Positions 17,301 to 26,149 of a stretch of DNA of 64,000 bases are shown here, one piece after another. The position numbers and the translations under genes are program-made. Each line of letters opens with the position of its first letter. Within the stretch, counting starts at the first letter, position 1. The notes below the pieces were generated by a model. The model worked only from the letters and a program-made list of their open reading frames with translations. It was not told where the DNA came from and did no database searches. The stretch is from Gemmatimonas sp. (GTDB lineage Bacteria; Gemmatimonadota; Gemmatimonadetes; Gemmatimonadales; Gemmatimonadaceae), in the NCBI GenBank assembly GCA_965279375.1, contig OZ257156.1, positions 480,001 to 544,000 on the forward strand. Direction: 5' to 3'.

Positions 17301-20300
17301 GTGAGAGTGTTTCGTCGTCTCCTCCTCGGCCTGGCGGCGGTTGCCGCCGGCTCGCTCGAGGCCCAGCAGTCCTCCCGCACCGAGCCGATTGCCGGCCTGC
17401 GCGACAACTCGACGGGCTTCCATGCCCTGGTCGGCGCACGTGTCGTCACGGCCCCCGGGGTGGTCCTCACCAACGCCACGATCGTCGTCCGCAATGGACT
17501 GATCGCGGCCGTTGGCGCGGGACTCACCCCGCCCGCCGGTGCGCGCGTGTGGGACCTCAAGGGCCTCACCGTCTACCCCGGTTTCATCGACGCTTCTGCC
17601 GACCTCGGCGGAGACGCGCCGCCGCAGGGTGGCGATGTCGGACCCACGCACTGGAATCCGCAGGTGCGCGCCTGGTTCAGCACCACGTCCAACCTCAAGG
17701 ACGACTCCACGCGTCGCGCCGGGTTGCGCTCGCTGGGCTTCGGCACCGCCCTCGCCGTGCCGCGTCAGGGCATCTTCCGCGGCACCGCCTCCGTGCTGTC
17801 GCTCAGCGACGGCGGCGTGCGTGAGCGCGTGCTCCGCCCCGACCTCGCGCAGGCGATCGGCTTCCAGCGCTCCTTCGCGCTTGGCGGCATGTACCCCAAC
17901 TCCACCATGGGTACCGCCGCGCTGATGAAGCAGACGTTCATGGACGCGGAGTGGTACATCCGCGCCTGGAGCGCCTACGAAACCAGCGGCCGCTCCATCC
18001 TGCCGCCCGAGACCAGCGAAGCGCTGGCCGCGCTCGGCAAGTCGGTGAAGGGGACGCAGCCCGTCTTCTTCGAAACCACGAGTGAAGAGGAGTACCTGCG
18101 TGCGTACAAGCTCGCGCAGGACTACAAGCTCACGCCGTGGTTCCGCGGCAGCGGCCAGGAGTACCGCCTGATCGACGTGCTCAAGAGTCGCACGCAGCCG
18201 CTCGTGGTACCGCTCACCTTCCCCGACGCGCCCAACGTGTCGAGCCCGGAGGCGTCGGCCAACGTGACGCTCGCCGATCTCCGCCACTGGTACCTCGCGC
18301 CCACCAATCCGGCGCAGCTGGCTGCGGCTGGCGTTCCCTTCGCCATCACGGCGGACGGACTGTCGTCGCTGCAGCAGTTCCTCCCCAATCTCCGCACAGC
18401 GGTCGCGCGTGGCCTCTCGCCCGACAAGGCGCTCGCCGCGCTCACGACCGTTCCGGCCGCGTGGCTGGGCATCGACAAGACGCACGGCACGATCGCGGTG
18501 GGCAAGGCCGCGAATCTCGTCATCACCGAAGGCGATCTGTTTCTGGAAGAATCAGCGGTGCGCGACGTGTGGGTGCAGGGCAAGCAGTATGGCGTGACCC
18601 GTCCGCCGCAGATCGATCCGCGTGGCACGTGGACGATCGCGTCCGACGATCAGGGCACGTTCAAGAGCGCCACGCTCCGTCTCGACGGTCCGCTCAACCG
18701 CATCCGCGGCACCATCGAAATGGCCGGCAAGCGCCCGGTGAACCTGACCGGCGTGCGCGTCATCGCCGAAACGGGTCGTCTCGAAGCGTCGTTCGCCGGT
18801 GAGCCGCTCGGACAGGAAGGCGGCATGCTGCTCTCGGGCTCCGTCAGCGATTCCGCGTTCTTCGGCTGGCTCTCGCTCCCGAACGGCACGGATGCCAAGT
18901 ACCGCGGCACGCGCACCGAGGCCTATACCGGTCCCGCGCGCGGCGCCGTGGCCTCCAAGGTTCCCAAGATCGACCTGCCGTTCATCCGACCGGCCATGGA
19001 GTTCGGCCGGTCTGCGCCGCCGGCGATGCCTGCGGCCGTGATCGTGCGCAACGCGACCGTGTGGACGTCTGGCCCCCAGGGCCGCCTCGAGAACGCCGAC
19101 CTGCTGGTGCAGGCGGGCAAGGTGGTGAAGGTCGGACAGAAGCTCACCGCCCCCGCTGGCGCGGTGGAGATCGATGGCACGGGCAAGCACGTCACGCCGG
19201 GGCTTATCGATCCGCACTCGCACGCGGGCGTGAGTTCGGTGAATGAGTCGGGCTTCGCGATCGTCCCCGAAGTGCAGATGGGCGACGTGATCACGCACAA
19301 CAACATCTGGTTCTATCGCCAGCTCGCGGGTGGTCTCACCGCCTCGATGATCAAGCACGGCTCGGCCAATCCGATCGGCGGCGAGAACGTGTTCGTGAAG
19401 AATCGTTGGGGCGGCCTGCCGGATGACTACAAGATCGCGGGCGCGCCGCGCACGGTGAAGTTCGCACTGGGTGAGAATCCCAAGCGCAGCCCGAATCGCT
19501 ATCCGAACACGCGCGAGGGCGTGAACGAAATCATTCGCGACCATTTCAACGCCGCGCGTGACTACGAGAAGGAGTGGAAGGCGTGGGAGAAGACGAAGAT
19601 GGGTATTCCGCCGCGCAAGGATCTGCGCATGGAAGCCATCCTCGACATGCTCAACCAGAAGCTGCTCGTGTCGTCGCACGGCTACCGTGCGGACGAGTTC
19701 CTCGCGCTCGTGCGTCTCGCCGAGGAATTCGGCTTCCGCATTCAGACGCTGCAGCACGGCGTGGAAGCGTACAAGATCGCCAGTGAGCTCAAGAAGTCGG
19801 GCGTGGCGGCGGTGGTGTGGAGCGACTGGGGCGCGTTCAAGCTCGAGGCGTACGACGCCACGTCGTACAACGCGCGCTTGCTGATGGAAGCGGGCGTCGT
19901 AACGGCGCTGCATTCCGACGACGCTGAAATCTCGACGCGCATGAACTGGGAGGCGGGCAAGCTGCTGCGTTCCGGGGTTAACGAGATCGACGCGCTCTCG
20001 ACGGTGACGATCAACGCGGCCAAGGCCGTCGCGATCGACAGCAAGATCGGCTCGCTCGAAGCCGGCAAGGACGCCGACTTCGTGATCTGGAGCGGTAACC
20101 CGCTCTCGCAGTTCACCAAGGCGGAGCAGACGTGGGTTGACGGCCGGAAGTACTTCTCGCTGGCCGAAGACAAGGTGCTTCGCGAGGACATCGCCAAGCA
20201 GCGTGCGCAGCTCATTCAGGCCGTGATCGCGGCCGGACCGAGCGACGCACCGGCTGGTCCTGCGCGTGGTGGCCGTGGCGGCCCGGGAGCCGGCAAGTGA
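17301..20300 (+). CDS. Exported tandem two-domain amidohydrolase
   Basis: N-domain PGFIDASAD has no HxH. C-domain has PGLIDPHSH, KFALGENPK, SHGYR, QHGVE and HSDD. GTG start 17301 after GGAG. Confidence 0.88.
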   Translation: MRVFRRLLLGLAAVAAGSLEAQQSSRTEPIAGLRDNSTGFHALVGARVVTAPGVVLTNATIVVRNGLIAAVGAGLTPPAGARVWDLKGLTVYPGFIDASADLGGDAPPQGGDVGPTHWNPQVRAWFSTTSNLKDDSTRRAGLRSLGFGTALAVPRQGIFRGTASVLSLSDGGVRERVLRPDLAQAIGFQRSFALGGMYPNSTMGTAALMKQTFMDAEWYIRAWSAYETSGRSILPPETSEALAALGKSVKGTQPVFFETTSEEEYLRAYKLAQDYKLTPWFRGSGQEYRLIDVLKSRTQPLVVPLTFPDAPNVSSPEASANVTLADLRHWYLAPTNPAQLAAAGVPFAITADGLSSLQQFLPNLRTAVARGLSPDKALAALTTVPAAWLGIDKTHGTIAVGKAANLVITEGDLFLEESAVRDVWVQGKQYGVTRPPQIDPRGTWTIASDDQGTFKSATLRLDGPLNRIRGTIEMAGKRPVNLTGVRVIAETGRLEASFAGEPLGQEGGMLLSGSVSDSAFFGWLSLPNGTDAKYRGTRTEAYTGPARGAVASKVPKIDLPFIRPAMEFGRSAPPAMPAAVIVRNATVWTSGPQGRLENADLLVQAGKVVKVGQKLTAPAGAVEIDGTGKHVTPGLIDPHSHAGVSSVNESGFAIVPEVQMGDVITHNNIWFYRQLAGGLTASMIKHGSANPIGGENVFVKNRWGGLPDDYKIAGAPRTVKFALGENPKRSPNRYPNTREGVNEIIRDHFNAARDYEKEWKAWEKTKMGIPPRKDLRMEAILDMLNQKLLVSSHGYRADEFLALVRLAEEFGFRIQTLQHGVEAYKIASELKKSGVAAVVWSDWGAFKLEAYDATSYNARLLMEAGVVTALHSDDAEISTRMNWEAGKLLRSGVNEIDALSTVTINAAKAVAIDSKIGSLEAGKDADFVIWSGNPLSQFTKAEQTWVDGRKYFSLAEDKVLREDIAKQRAQLIQAVIAAGPSDAPAGPARGGRGGPGAGK

Positions 20301-20329
20301 TCCGCTCATCCATTCTCTCATTCGATTCC

Positions 20330-21715
20330 ATGCGAACCATGACCTCCGCCCGACGCGCGGCGCTGACCGCCGCGGCGATCCTTGCAGGCGTGATCGCGCC
20401 TGCCGCTGCTGAGGCGCAGGTGATGATGCCCGTGGCGCCGCAGGAGCAGCCGGTGGTGCTTCGCGGTGCGACGATTCACACCGTCACCAAGGGCACGATC
20501 GCCAACGGCACCATCGTCCTCGAACGCGGCAAGATCACCGCGATCGGCGGCGCTGATGTCGCCGTGCCGCGTGGCGCCAAGGTGGTGGATGTGAGCGGCA
20601 AGCACATCTACCCGGGCCTCATCGACGCGTACAGCACGGTGGGCCTCACCGAAATCGGCGCTGTCGATGTCTCCAACGACATCAGGGAAGCCGGTGACTT
20701 CAACCCGAACATCCGCGCCGAGATCGCGGTGAACGCGGAAAGCCGTCACATCGGCACGACGCGTTCGGCTGGTGTACTCGTCGCGTTCAGCACGCCGGAA
20801 GGCGGCGTGATCTCCGGCCTCTCCTCGGCGATGTCGCTCGAAGGGTGGACGTGGGAAGAGATGTCGATGAAGGGCGCGGCCGCGCTGAACGTGAAGTGGC
20901 CCGACCCGAACGCGCGTCCGGGTGGTCGCTTTGGCGGCGGCGGTGGCCCGCCGGGCGGCCCTGGTGGTCGCGGCGGCGCAGGTGCCCCGGCGCCCAAGAC
21001 GTACGCCGAACAGGTGCAGCAGATCAAGGATTGGTTCAGCGAAGCGCGTGCGTATCGCGATGCCGTGAAGTCAGGGCAAGGCCAGCGCACGGACATTCGC
21101 TACGCCGCGATGATTCCTGCACTCGACGGCAAGATCCCCGTAGTCGTCGCTGCAGACGGCGCGGCGCAGATCAACGACGCGATCACGTGGGGCAAGGCGG
21201 AAGGCATCAAGCTGGTCATCCGTGGCGGACGCGATGCGCTGTTCGTGGCGGACCGGCTCAAGGCGGAAAACGTGCCGGTGATTCTCACCGAAACCATGGC
21301 CGCGCCCGAACGGCAGTACGAAGGCTACGACAACGCCTACGCCAGCCCGGCGAAGCTGTACGCGGCGGGCGTGAAATTCGCGATCGCCGGTGGATCCGGC
21401 GGCTTGTACAGCTATCGCCTGCCGTGGGAAGCGGGTGTCGCTGTAGCGTTCGGTTTGCCCGAAGACGAAGCGCTCAAGTCGGTGACGATCAACGCCGCCG
21501 AGTTCATGGGCATCGCCGACAAGGTGGGTTCGCTGGAAGTCGGCAAGGAAGGCACCCTGCTCATCACGACGGGCACGCCGCTGGACATGACGAGCAACAT
21601 CATCCAGTCGTACATCCAGGGGCGCGAGATCAACATGATGGACATCCACAAGTTCTTCTTCGAGAAGTACATGGAGAAGATCAAGCAGCAGGCGCCGAAG
21701 AAGATCACGCCGTAG
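20330..21715 (+). CDS. Exported amidohydrolase-like partner protein
   Basis: VLRGATIHTV, YPGLIDAYST and VTINAAE..GI.DKVGSLEVGK motifs. Start uncertain (20297, 20330 or 20339). Confidence 0.85.
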   Translation: MRTMTSARRAALTAAAILAGVIAPAAAEAQVMMPVAPQEQPVVLRGATIHTVTKGTIANGTIVLERGKITAIGGADVAVPRGAKVVDVSGKHIYPGLIDAYSTVGLTEIGAVDVSNDIREAGDFNPNIRAEIAVNAESRHIGTTRSAGVLVAFSTPEGGVISGLSSAMSLEGWTWEEMSMKGAAALNVKWPDPNARPGGRFGGGGGPPGGPGGRGGAGAPAPKTYAEQVQQIKDWFSEARAYRDAVKSGQGQRTDIRYAAMIPALDGKIPVVVAADGAAQINDAITWGKAEGIKLVIRGGRDALFVADRLKAENVPVILTETMAAPERQYEGYDNAYASPAKLYAAGVKFAIAGGSGGLYSYRLPWEAGVAVAFGLPEDEALKSVTINAAEFMGIADKVGSLEVGKEGTLLITTGTPLDMTSNIIQSYIQGREINMMDIHKFFFEKYMEKIKQQAPKKITP

Positions 21716-21742
21716 CGGTACCGGCGTCGAGGCGAGTCAACG

Positions 21743-21779
21743 AGGGCCGCGTTCCAGTTCGGGAGCGCGGCCCTTTATT
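21743..21779 (+). terminator. Intrinsic terminator hairpin after the amidohydrolase pair
   Basis: AGGGCCGCGTTCC...GGAGCGCGGCCCT stem followed by TTATT, between convergent genes. Confidence 0.75.
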
Positions 21780-22143
21780 CGCGTTTAACCAGCGCCGCGA
21801 GCTTCTTCGGCGCGATCATCAGGTATCCATCGGTCAGCAGCTCGCGCAGCCCCGCCCAATCGGTGTGGGCATCGAGATACACCCCCACCCAACCGCTCGG
21901 GCCCACATAAGGCGGCACGAAGAATCGATCGGGGTTGTCGGCGACCATCAACTGCTGCAGGCCGGCGGGTGCCTTGCACCATAGCGACGTGCGCCCAGCA
22001 CCATGATGGTTGCTGGGCGACGCGAACATCGCGAACAGCTTGTTCTTCACGCGAAATGTCGGTTCACCCCACGCCTCCACCTCGTGCGCCTGAGGCAGTG
22101 CGAGGCACAACTTCCGAACGCGAGCGAGAGGAGACGGCGGCAT
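21775..22143 (-). CDS. MmcQ/YjbR-family protein
   Basis: CLALP.AHE...WGEPTFRV..KLFA, FFVPPYVGPSGWVG and Y.MIAPKKL motifs. Confidence 0.9.
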   Translation of the reverse strand: MPPSPLARVRKLCLALPQAHEVEAWGEPTFRVKNKLFAMFASPSNHHGAGRTSLWCKAPAGLQQLMVADNPDRFFVPPYVGPSGWVGVYLDAHTDWAGLRELLTDGYLMIAPKKLAALVKRE

Positions 22144-22244
22144 GCGTTACGCTACGCCGCGCGAGCGACGCTCGGAAGAAGCCCGTCTCTGGCGCGCGCC
22201 GCCCAACGCAGTACATTCGCCCGCTCCTCTCTCCGCGAGGCTGT

Positions 22245-22655
22245 GTGCACACTTGGCGATTGTGTGTGACCCTGCTGCTGGCCGTCGCGCTCGGATGCGC
22301 GTCGCGAAAGGTGAGCAGCAACGATCGACCCTCCTCGGGTGCGAACCGAGGCTCTGACGTGATCACCGCCGCAGAGCTGTCCGATCCATCGGTGGCTTCG
22401 GGTGACGCGCTCGAGGCCGTCCGTCGGCTGCGTCCGCGGTTCCTTGCGTTCCGCGGCACGCAGAGCATCCGCATGGCCGAGGCCGGGCAAGTACATCTGT
22501 CGATCGATGGCGGTCCGCTGCAGGCGATCAGCAACCTCAGTCGGATGCGCCCGACGGAGCTCAAGGAAATCCGCTATCTGAATTCAAGCGCGGCGGCCCA
22601 GCAGTTCGGGACGACGGCCGGCAGCGGCGGCGTGATTCTCGTGCGGAGCCGGTAG
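22245..22655 (+). CDS. Small lipoprotein consisting of a TonB-receptor plug-like domain
   Basis: GTG start after GAGG, lipobox VALGC, and C-terminal IDG...L..MRPTELKEIRYL....AAQQFG....GGVILVRSR. Confidence 0.72.
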   Translation: MHTWRLCVTLLLAVALGCASRKVSSNDRPSSGANRGSDVITAAELSDPSVASGDALEAVRRLRPRFLAFRGTQSIRMAEAGQVHLSIDGGPLQAISNLSRMRPTELKEIRYLNSSAAAQQFGTTAGSGGVILVRSR

Positions 22656-22670
22656 CAGCACACGCTGCTC

Positions 22671-22699
22671 TTGATGACCGTTCCGTCCCGCCGTACAAT
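22671..22699 (+). promoter_or_regulatory. Sigma70-type promoter for susCD
   Basis: TTGATG (22671-22676), 17-bp spacer, TACAAT (22694-22699). Confidence 0.68.
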
Positions 22700-23005
22700 G
22701 GACGCGCGCGGGACAAGATCGTATTGTCCCCCGCGAAATGCCTTTCGGAGGCTGTGAAAGCGGATCACCCCTGACAGCTTGCGCTTGCGGCTGCCGGTCC
22801 GGCGGTCCTGAAGTGCCCAGAAATCCACGTGAACCCGGTTCGTCCCGCCCTCCGGTCATTGTGTCGCGAGTTCATCCGCGCGACGCGGTTTCCCACTGGG
22901 TCGTTGCCTGTTTCGAGGCAGAAGTCAGCCTCGGTTACACCGCGTGATGCTGATGGCGTCCCGCGCGGCGGTGAGCACGGATCAACCTTTCTGGGGGGCG
23001 CACAC

Positions 23006-26000
23006 ATGGACGGCATCTGGAGATGGAGGCGCGGCGCGAGCCGTAGCCCCATCGTCGCGGCGTTCGCGACGATGTTATCGGCGGCAACGCTCGCCGCGCA
23101 GCCGGCAACCCTCACGGGACGCGTCACGACGTCGGCGGCGGCGCCTCTGGGCGATACCCGGGTCGTCATCGTCGGCACGACGCTCGGGGCGATGACCAAC
23201 GCGGACGGACGCTACACCATTCGCGGCGTGCCCGCCGGCACCGTGGACGTGCGCGTGACTCGACTCGGCTATCAGGAGGTCAAGCAGCCCGCCACGCTGA
23301 CGGCGGGTGGCACGACTACCCTGAACTTCACGATGACCGCGAGCGCCGTGCAGCTCAACGAAATGGTCGTCACCGCCACCGGCGTGCAGCGACGGGCCGA
23401 GATCGGTAATTCGGTGTCGATCATCTCGGTCGCCGACCGCGTCAAGGAAACGCCGATCCACAGCATGGGCGACCTGCTGACCGCCAAGGCGCCCGGCCTC
23501 TCGGTCCTGCAGGGCGGCATGAGCGGCACCGGCGCGCAGATTCGCATTCGCGGGCTCAATTCCGTGAGTCGATCCAATGCACCGATCTTCATCGTCGATG
23601 GCGTGCGCATGGACGGCGGCGCCGGCGGGTTCGGCGTCGGTGGCTCGAACTCGAGCCGGTTGAACGACCTCACGCCGGAGGAGATCGAAGACATCGCGGT
23701 CATCAAGGGGCCGTCGGCATCGACGCTCTACGGCACCGATGCCGCGAACGGCGTGATCATCATCAAGACCAAGGGCGGACGGCGCGGCACCACGCGCTTT
23801 GCCTACACCGCTGAAAAGGGTCGCATCACGGACCCCAACGCGTACTGGGACACCTACGCCATCTGGGGGCACACGCCGGCCAATCCCACCGTGCAGACGC
23901 GGTGCATCCTGACCACGATCGCGTCGGGTGCGTGCATCAAGGACAGCGTCACGACGGCGAACATCATGCGCAACAGCGAGCTGACGCCCATCGGCACGGG
24001 AGACCGCAGCCTCTACGGCATGCAGATCTCGGGCGGCAACGACGCCGTTCGCTTTTTCGTGAGCGGCAACTACGAAAACGAACTCGGCCCCGTGCGCATG
24101 CCCGACATCGACGCGGCCTATCTCGCCACAAACAAGGTGGCAGTGCGCGATGAGTGGCTGAATCCCGAGGCGCTGCGCCGCACCTCCGTGCGCGCCAACC
24201 TGAATGCGTCGCTCAACCCGAAGATGGATCTCACCGTCAGTTCGTCGTTCATCAAGTCGAATCAGCGGCTGCCGCAGGTCGACAACAACGTCAACAGCTT
24301 CTACTACAACGCCTACACCAATCCCGGCTTCACGAGACGGAACGTCTGCACGGCTCCCTGCGCGGGACTCGCGTACTCTGGCATCGGCAATCTCGGCCAG
24401 CCGCTCAACGGGTGGGCGCAGTACACGCCCGGCGACATCATGCAGTTCACCACGCTGGAAGACATCCAGCGCTTGCTCGGAAGCGTGACGACCAGCTGGC
24501 GTCCATTCAGCTGGATGGAGAACAACGCCACCACCGGCGTCGACGTGGCCGTGTTCGACAACTTCCGGCTCTGCCGCCTGAACGAGTGCCCTAACTTCGG
24601 AACGCAGCGGCAAGGCTCGATCTCGGACACGCACGGATCGCAGCGCATCTTCACCGGCAACGTGCGGAGCTCGGCCACGTGGAAGCCGCTCGACTGGCTC
24701 AGCGTGAAGGGCACGGTGGGGGCGGACTACATCAACAACCAGTCGGAGAACAGCGTCGCCAGCAGCACGCAGCTCTCTCCCGGTGGACAGACGGTCGGCT
24801 CCGGTGCGGTGAAGAACGCGTCGAATCAGTCGCCCACCGCCACCAAGACGCTGGGCTACTTCGCGCAGGCCCAGTTCAGCATCGACGATCGGCTCTTCAT
24901 CACCGGCGCGGTGCGTAGCGACCAGAACACGGCATTCGGCACGCAGTACAAGGGCGTCAGCTACCCGTCCGCCCAGGTCGCGTGGGCGATCTCGGAAGAG
25001 AGCTTCTTCCCGAAGTTCGACGTGCTCAAGGAGTTCCGTCTGCGTTCGGCGTACGGCTCCTCCGGCGTGCAACCGGGCGCCACCTCCGCCCTGCGCCAGT
25101 TTGCGGCATCGACCGTCAGCCTGGTGACCGACCAGACCGCACTCCTCGCGTCGGCCATCGGCAACCCGAAGCTCAAGCCGGAAACCACGACCGAGTTCGA
25201 AGCCGGCTTCGATTCGCGCTGGCTCGGCGATCGCGTGAACTTCGAGTACACGTACTATCGCAAGCAGTCCAAGGACGCGCTGATCAACCAGAACATCGCC
25301 ACGTCGTCGGGTGCCCCGGTGGGCAGCGTGCTGCGCAACCTCGGCGCCGTGCGCAACTCGGGTGTGGAAGTCTCGCTCAAGGCACAGCTGCTCGACCTGC
25401 AGCAGCTCGGCGAGCTCGGATGGGACGTCACCATCGGCGGGTCGCGCAACAAGAACAAGCTCGTCACGCTCGGACTTGATGACAACGGCAAGCCGATTCC
25501 CACGATTGGCACGGTGACGCGCCAGCAGCAGGGATACCCGCTCAACAGCTTCTTCCTGCAGAAGTACACGTACGCCGATGCGGACAAGAATGGTCTCATC
25601 TCGGTGAACGAAGTCACCCTTGGCGACACCGGCGTGTACGTGGGCTCCGCGCTGCCGTCCAATCTGTTCACGGTGCAGAGCGGCTTCGACTTCCTGAAGA
25701 AGAAGCTGCGCATCATTGCGTCGCTCGACTATCGCGGTGGCTTCACGCTCTTCAACAGCGGCGCCAATTTCCTCTGCGGCAATACGGACGCGTGCTATGC
25801 CAAGTCCAATCCGTCGGCCTCTCTCTTCGAGCAGGCACGGCAGGTGGCTGCGAACTTCACGAACCCCAAGACGCAGTACGGCTACTACGAGAAGGGAGAC
25901 GCGTGGCGATTGCGCGAAGTGTCTGCCGTGGTACGCCTGCCGCGCGGGTGGGCGTCGCGCCTGCGTGCTTCGGATGCAGACTTCCAGTTCGGTGCGCGCA

Positions 26001-26131
26001 ACCTGAAGGTGTGGACCAAGTACACCGGGCAGGATCCGGAAGCGAACTACAGTCAGGGCGATGTACAGACCGATTTCCTGACGACGGCCCCGCGCAAGTT
26101 CTACACGGCGCGCCTCAATCTCCGCTTCTGA
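23006..26131 (+). CDS. SusC/RagA-family TonB-dependent outer membrane transporter
   Basis: CarboxypepD_reg-like N-domain, LNEMVVTA TonB box, IRIRG, PIFIVDG, IEDIAVIKGPSASTLYG..AANGVIII.TK, GNPKLKPE, C-terminal Phe. Confidence 0.95.
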   Translation: MDGIWRWRRGASRSPIVAAFATMLSAATLAAQPATLTGRVTTSAAAPLGDTRVVIVGTTLGAMTNADGRYTIRGVPAGTVDVRVTRLGYQEVKQPATLTAGGTTTLNFTMTASAVQLNEMVVTATGVQRRAEIGNSVSIISVADRVKETPIHSMGDLLTAKAPGLSVLQGGMSGTGAQIRIRGLNSVSRSNAPIFIVDGVRMDGGAGGFGVGGSNSSRLNDLTPEEIEDIAVIKGPSASTLYGTDAANGVIIIKTKGGRRGTTRFAYTAEKGRITDPNAYWDTYAIWGHTPANPTVQTRCILTTIASGACIKDSVTTANIMRNSELTPIGTGDRSLYGMQISGGNDAVRFFVSGNYENELGPVRMPDIDAAYLATNKVAVRDEWLNPEALRRTSVRANLNASLNPKMDLTVSSSFIKSNQRLPQVDNNVNSFYYNAYTNPGFTRRNVCTAPCAGLAYSGIGNLGQPLNGWAQYTPGDIMQFTTLEDIQRLLGSVTTSWRPFSWMENNATTGVDVAVFDNFRLCRLNECPNFGTQRQGSISDTHGSQRIFTGNVRSSATWKPLDWLSVKGTVGADYINNQSENSVASSTQLSPGGQTVGSGAVKNASNQSPTATKTLGYFAQAQFSIDDRLFITGAVRSDQNTAFGTQYKGVSYPSAQVAWAISEESFFPKFDVLKEFRLRSAYGSSGVQPGATSALRQFAASTVSLVTDQTALLASAIGNPKLKPETTTEFEAGFDSRWLGDRVNFEYTYYRKQSKDALINQNIATSSGAPVGSVLRNLGAVRNSGVEVSLKAQLLDLQQLGELGWDVTIGGSRNKNKLVTLGLDDNGKPIPTIGTVTRQQQGYPLNSFFLQKYTYADADKNGLISVNEVTLGDTGVYVGSALPSNLFTVQSGFDFLKKKLRIIASLDYRGGFTLFNSGANFLCGNTDACYAKSNPSASLFEQARQVAANFTNPKTQYGYYEKGDAWRLREVSAVVRLPRGWASRLRASDADFQFGARNLKVWTKYTGQDPEANYSQGDVQTDFLTTAPRKFYTARLNLRF

Positions 26132-26149
26132 TCCCACGAGGACGATATC

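Noticed and set aside
22890..22935. CCACTGGG...GAAGTCAG as a cobalamin riboswitch
   Set aside because: The GGGAA and GCCCCCGCAACTGT core and the B12 box could not be found. Kept only as an unassigned leader.
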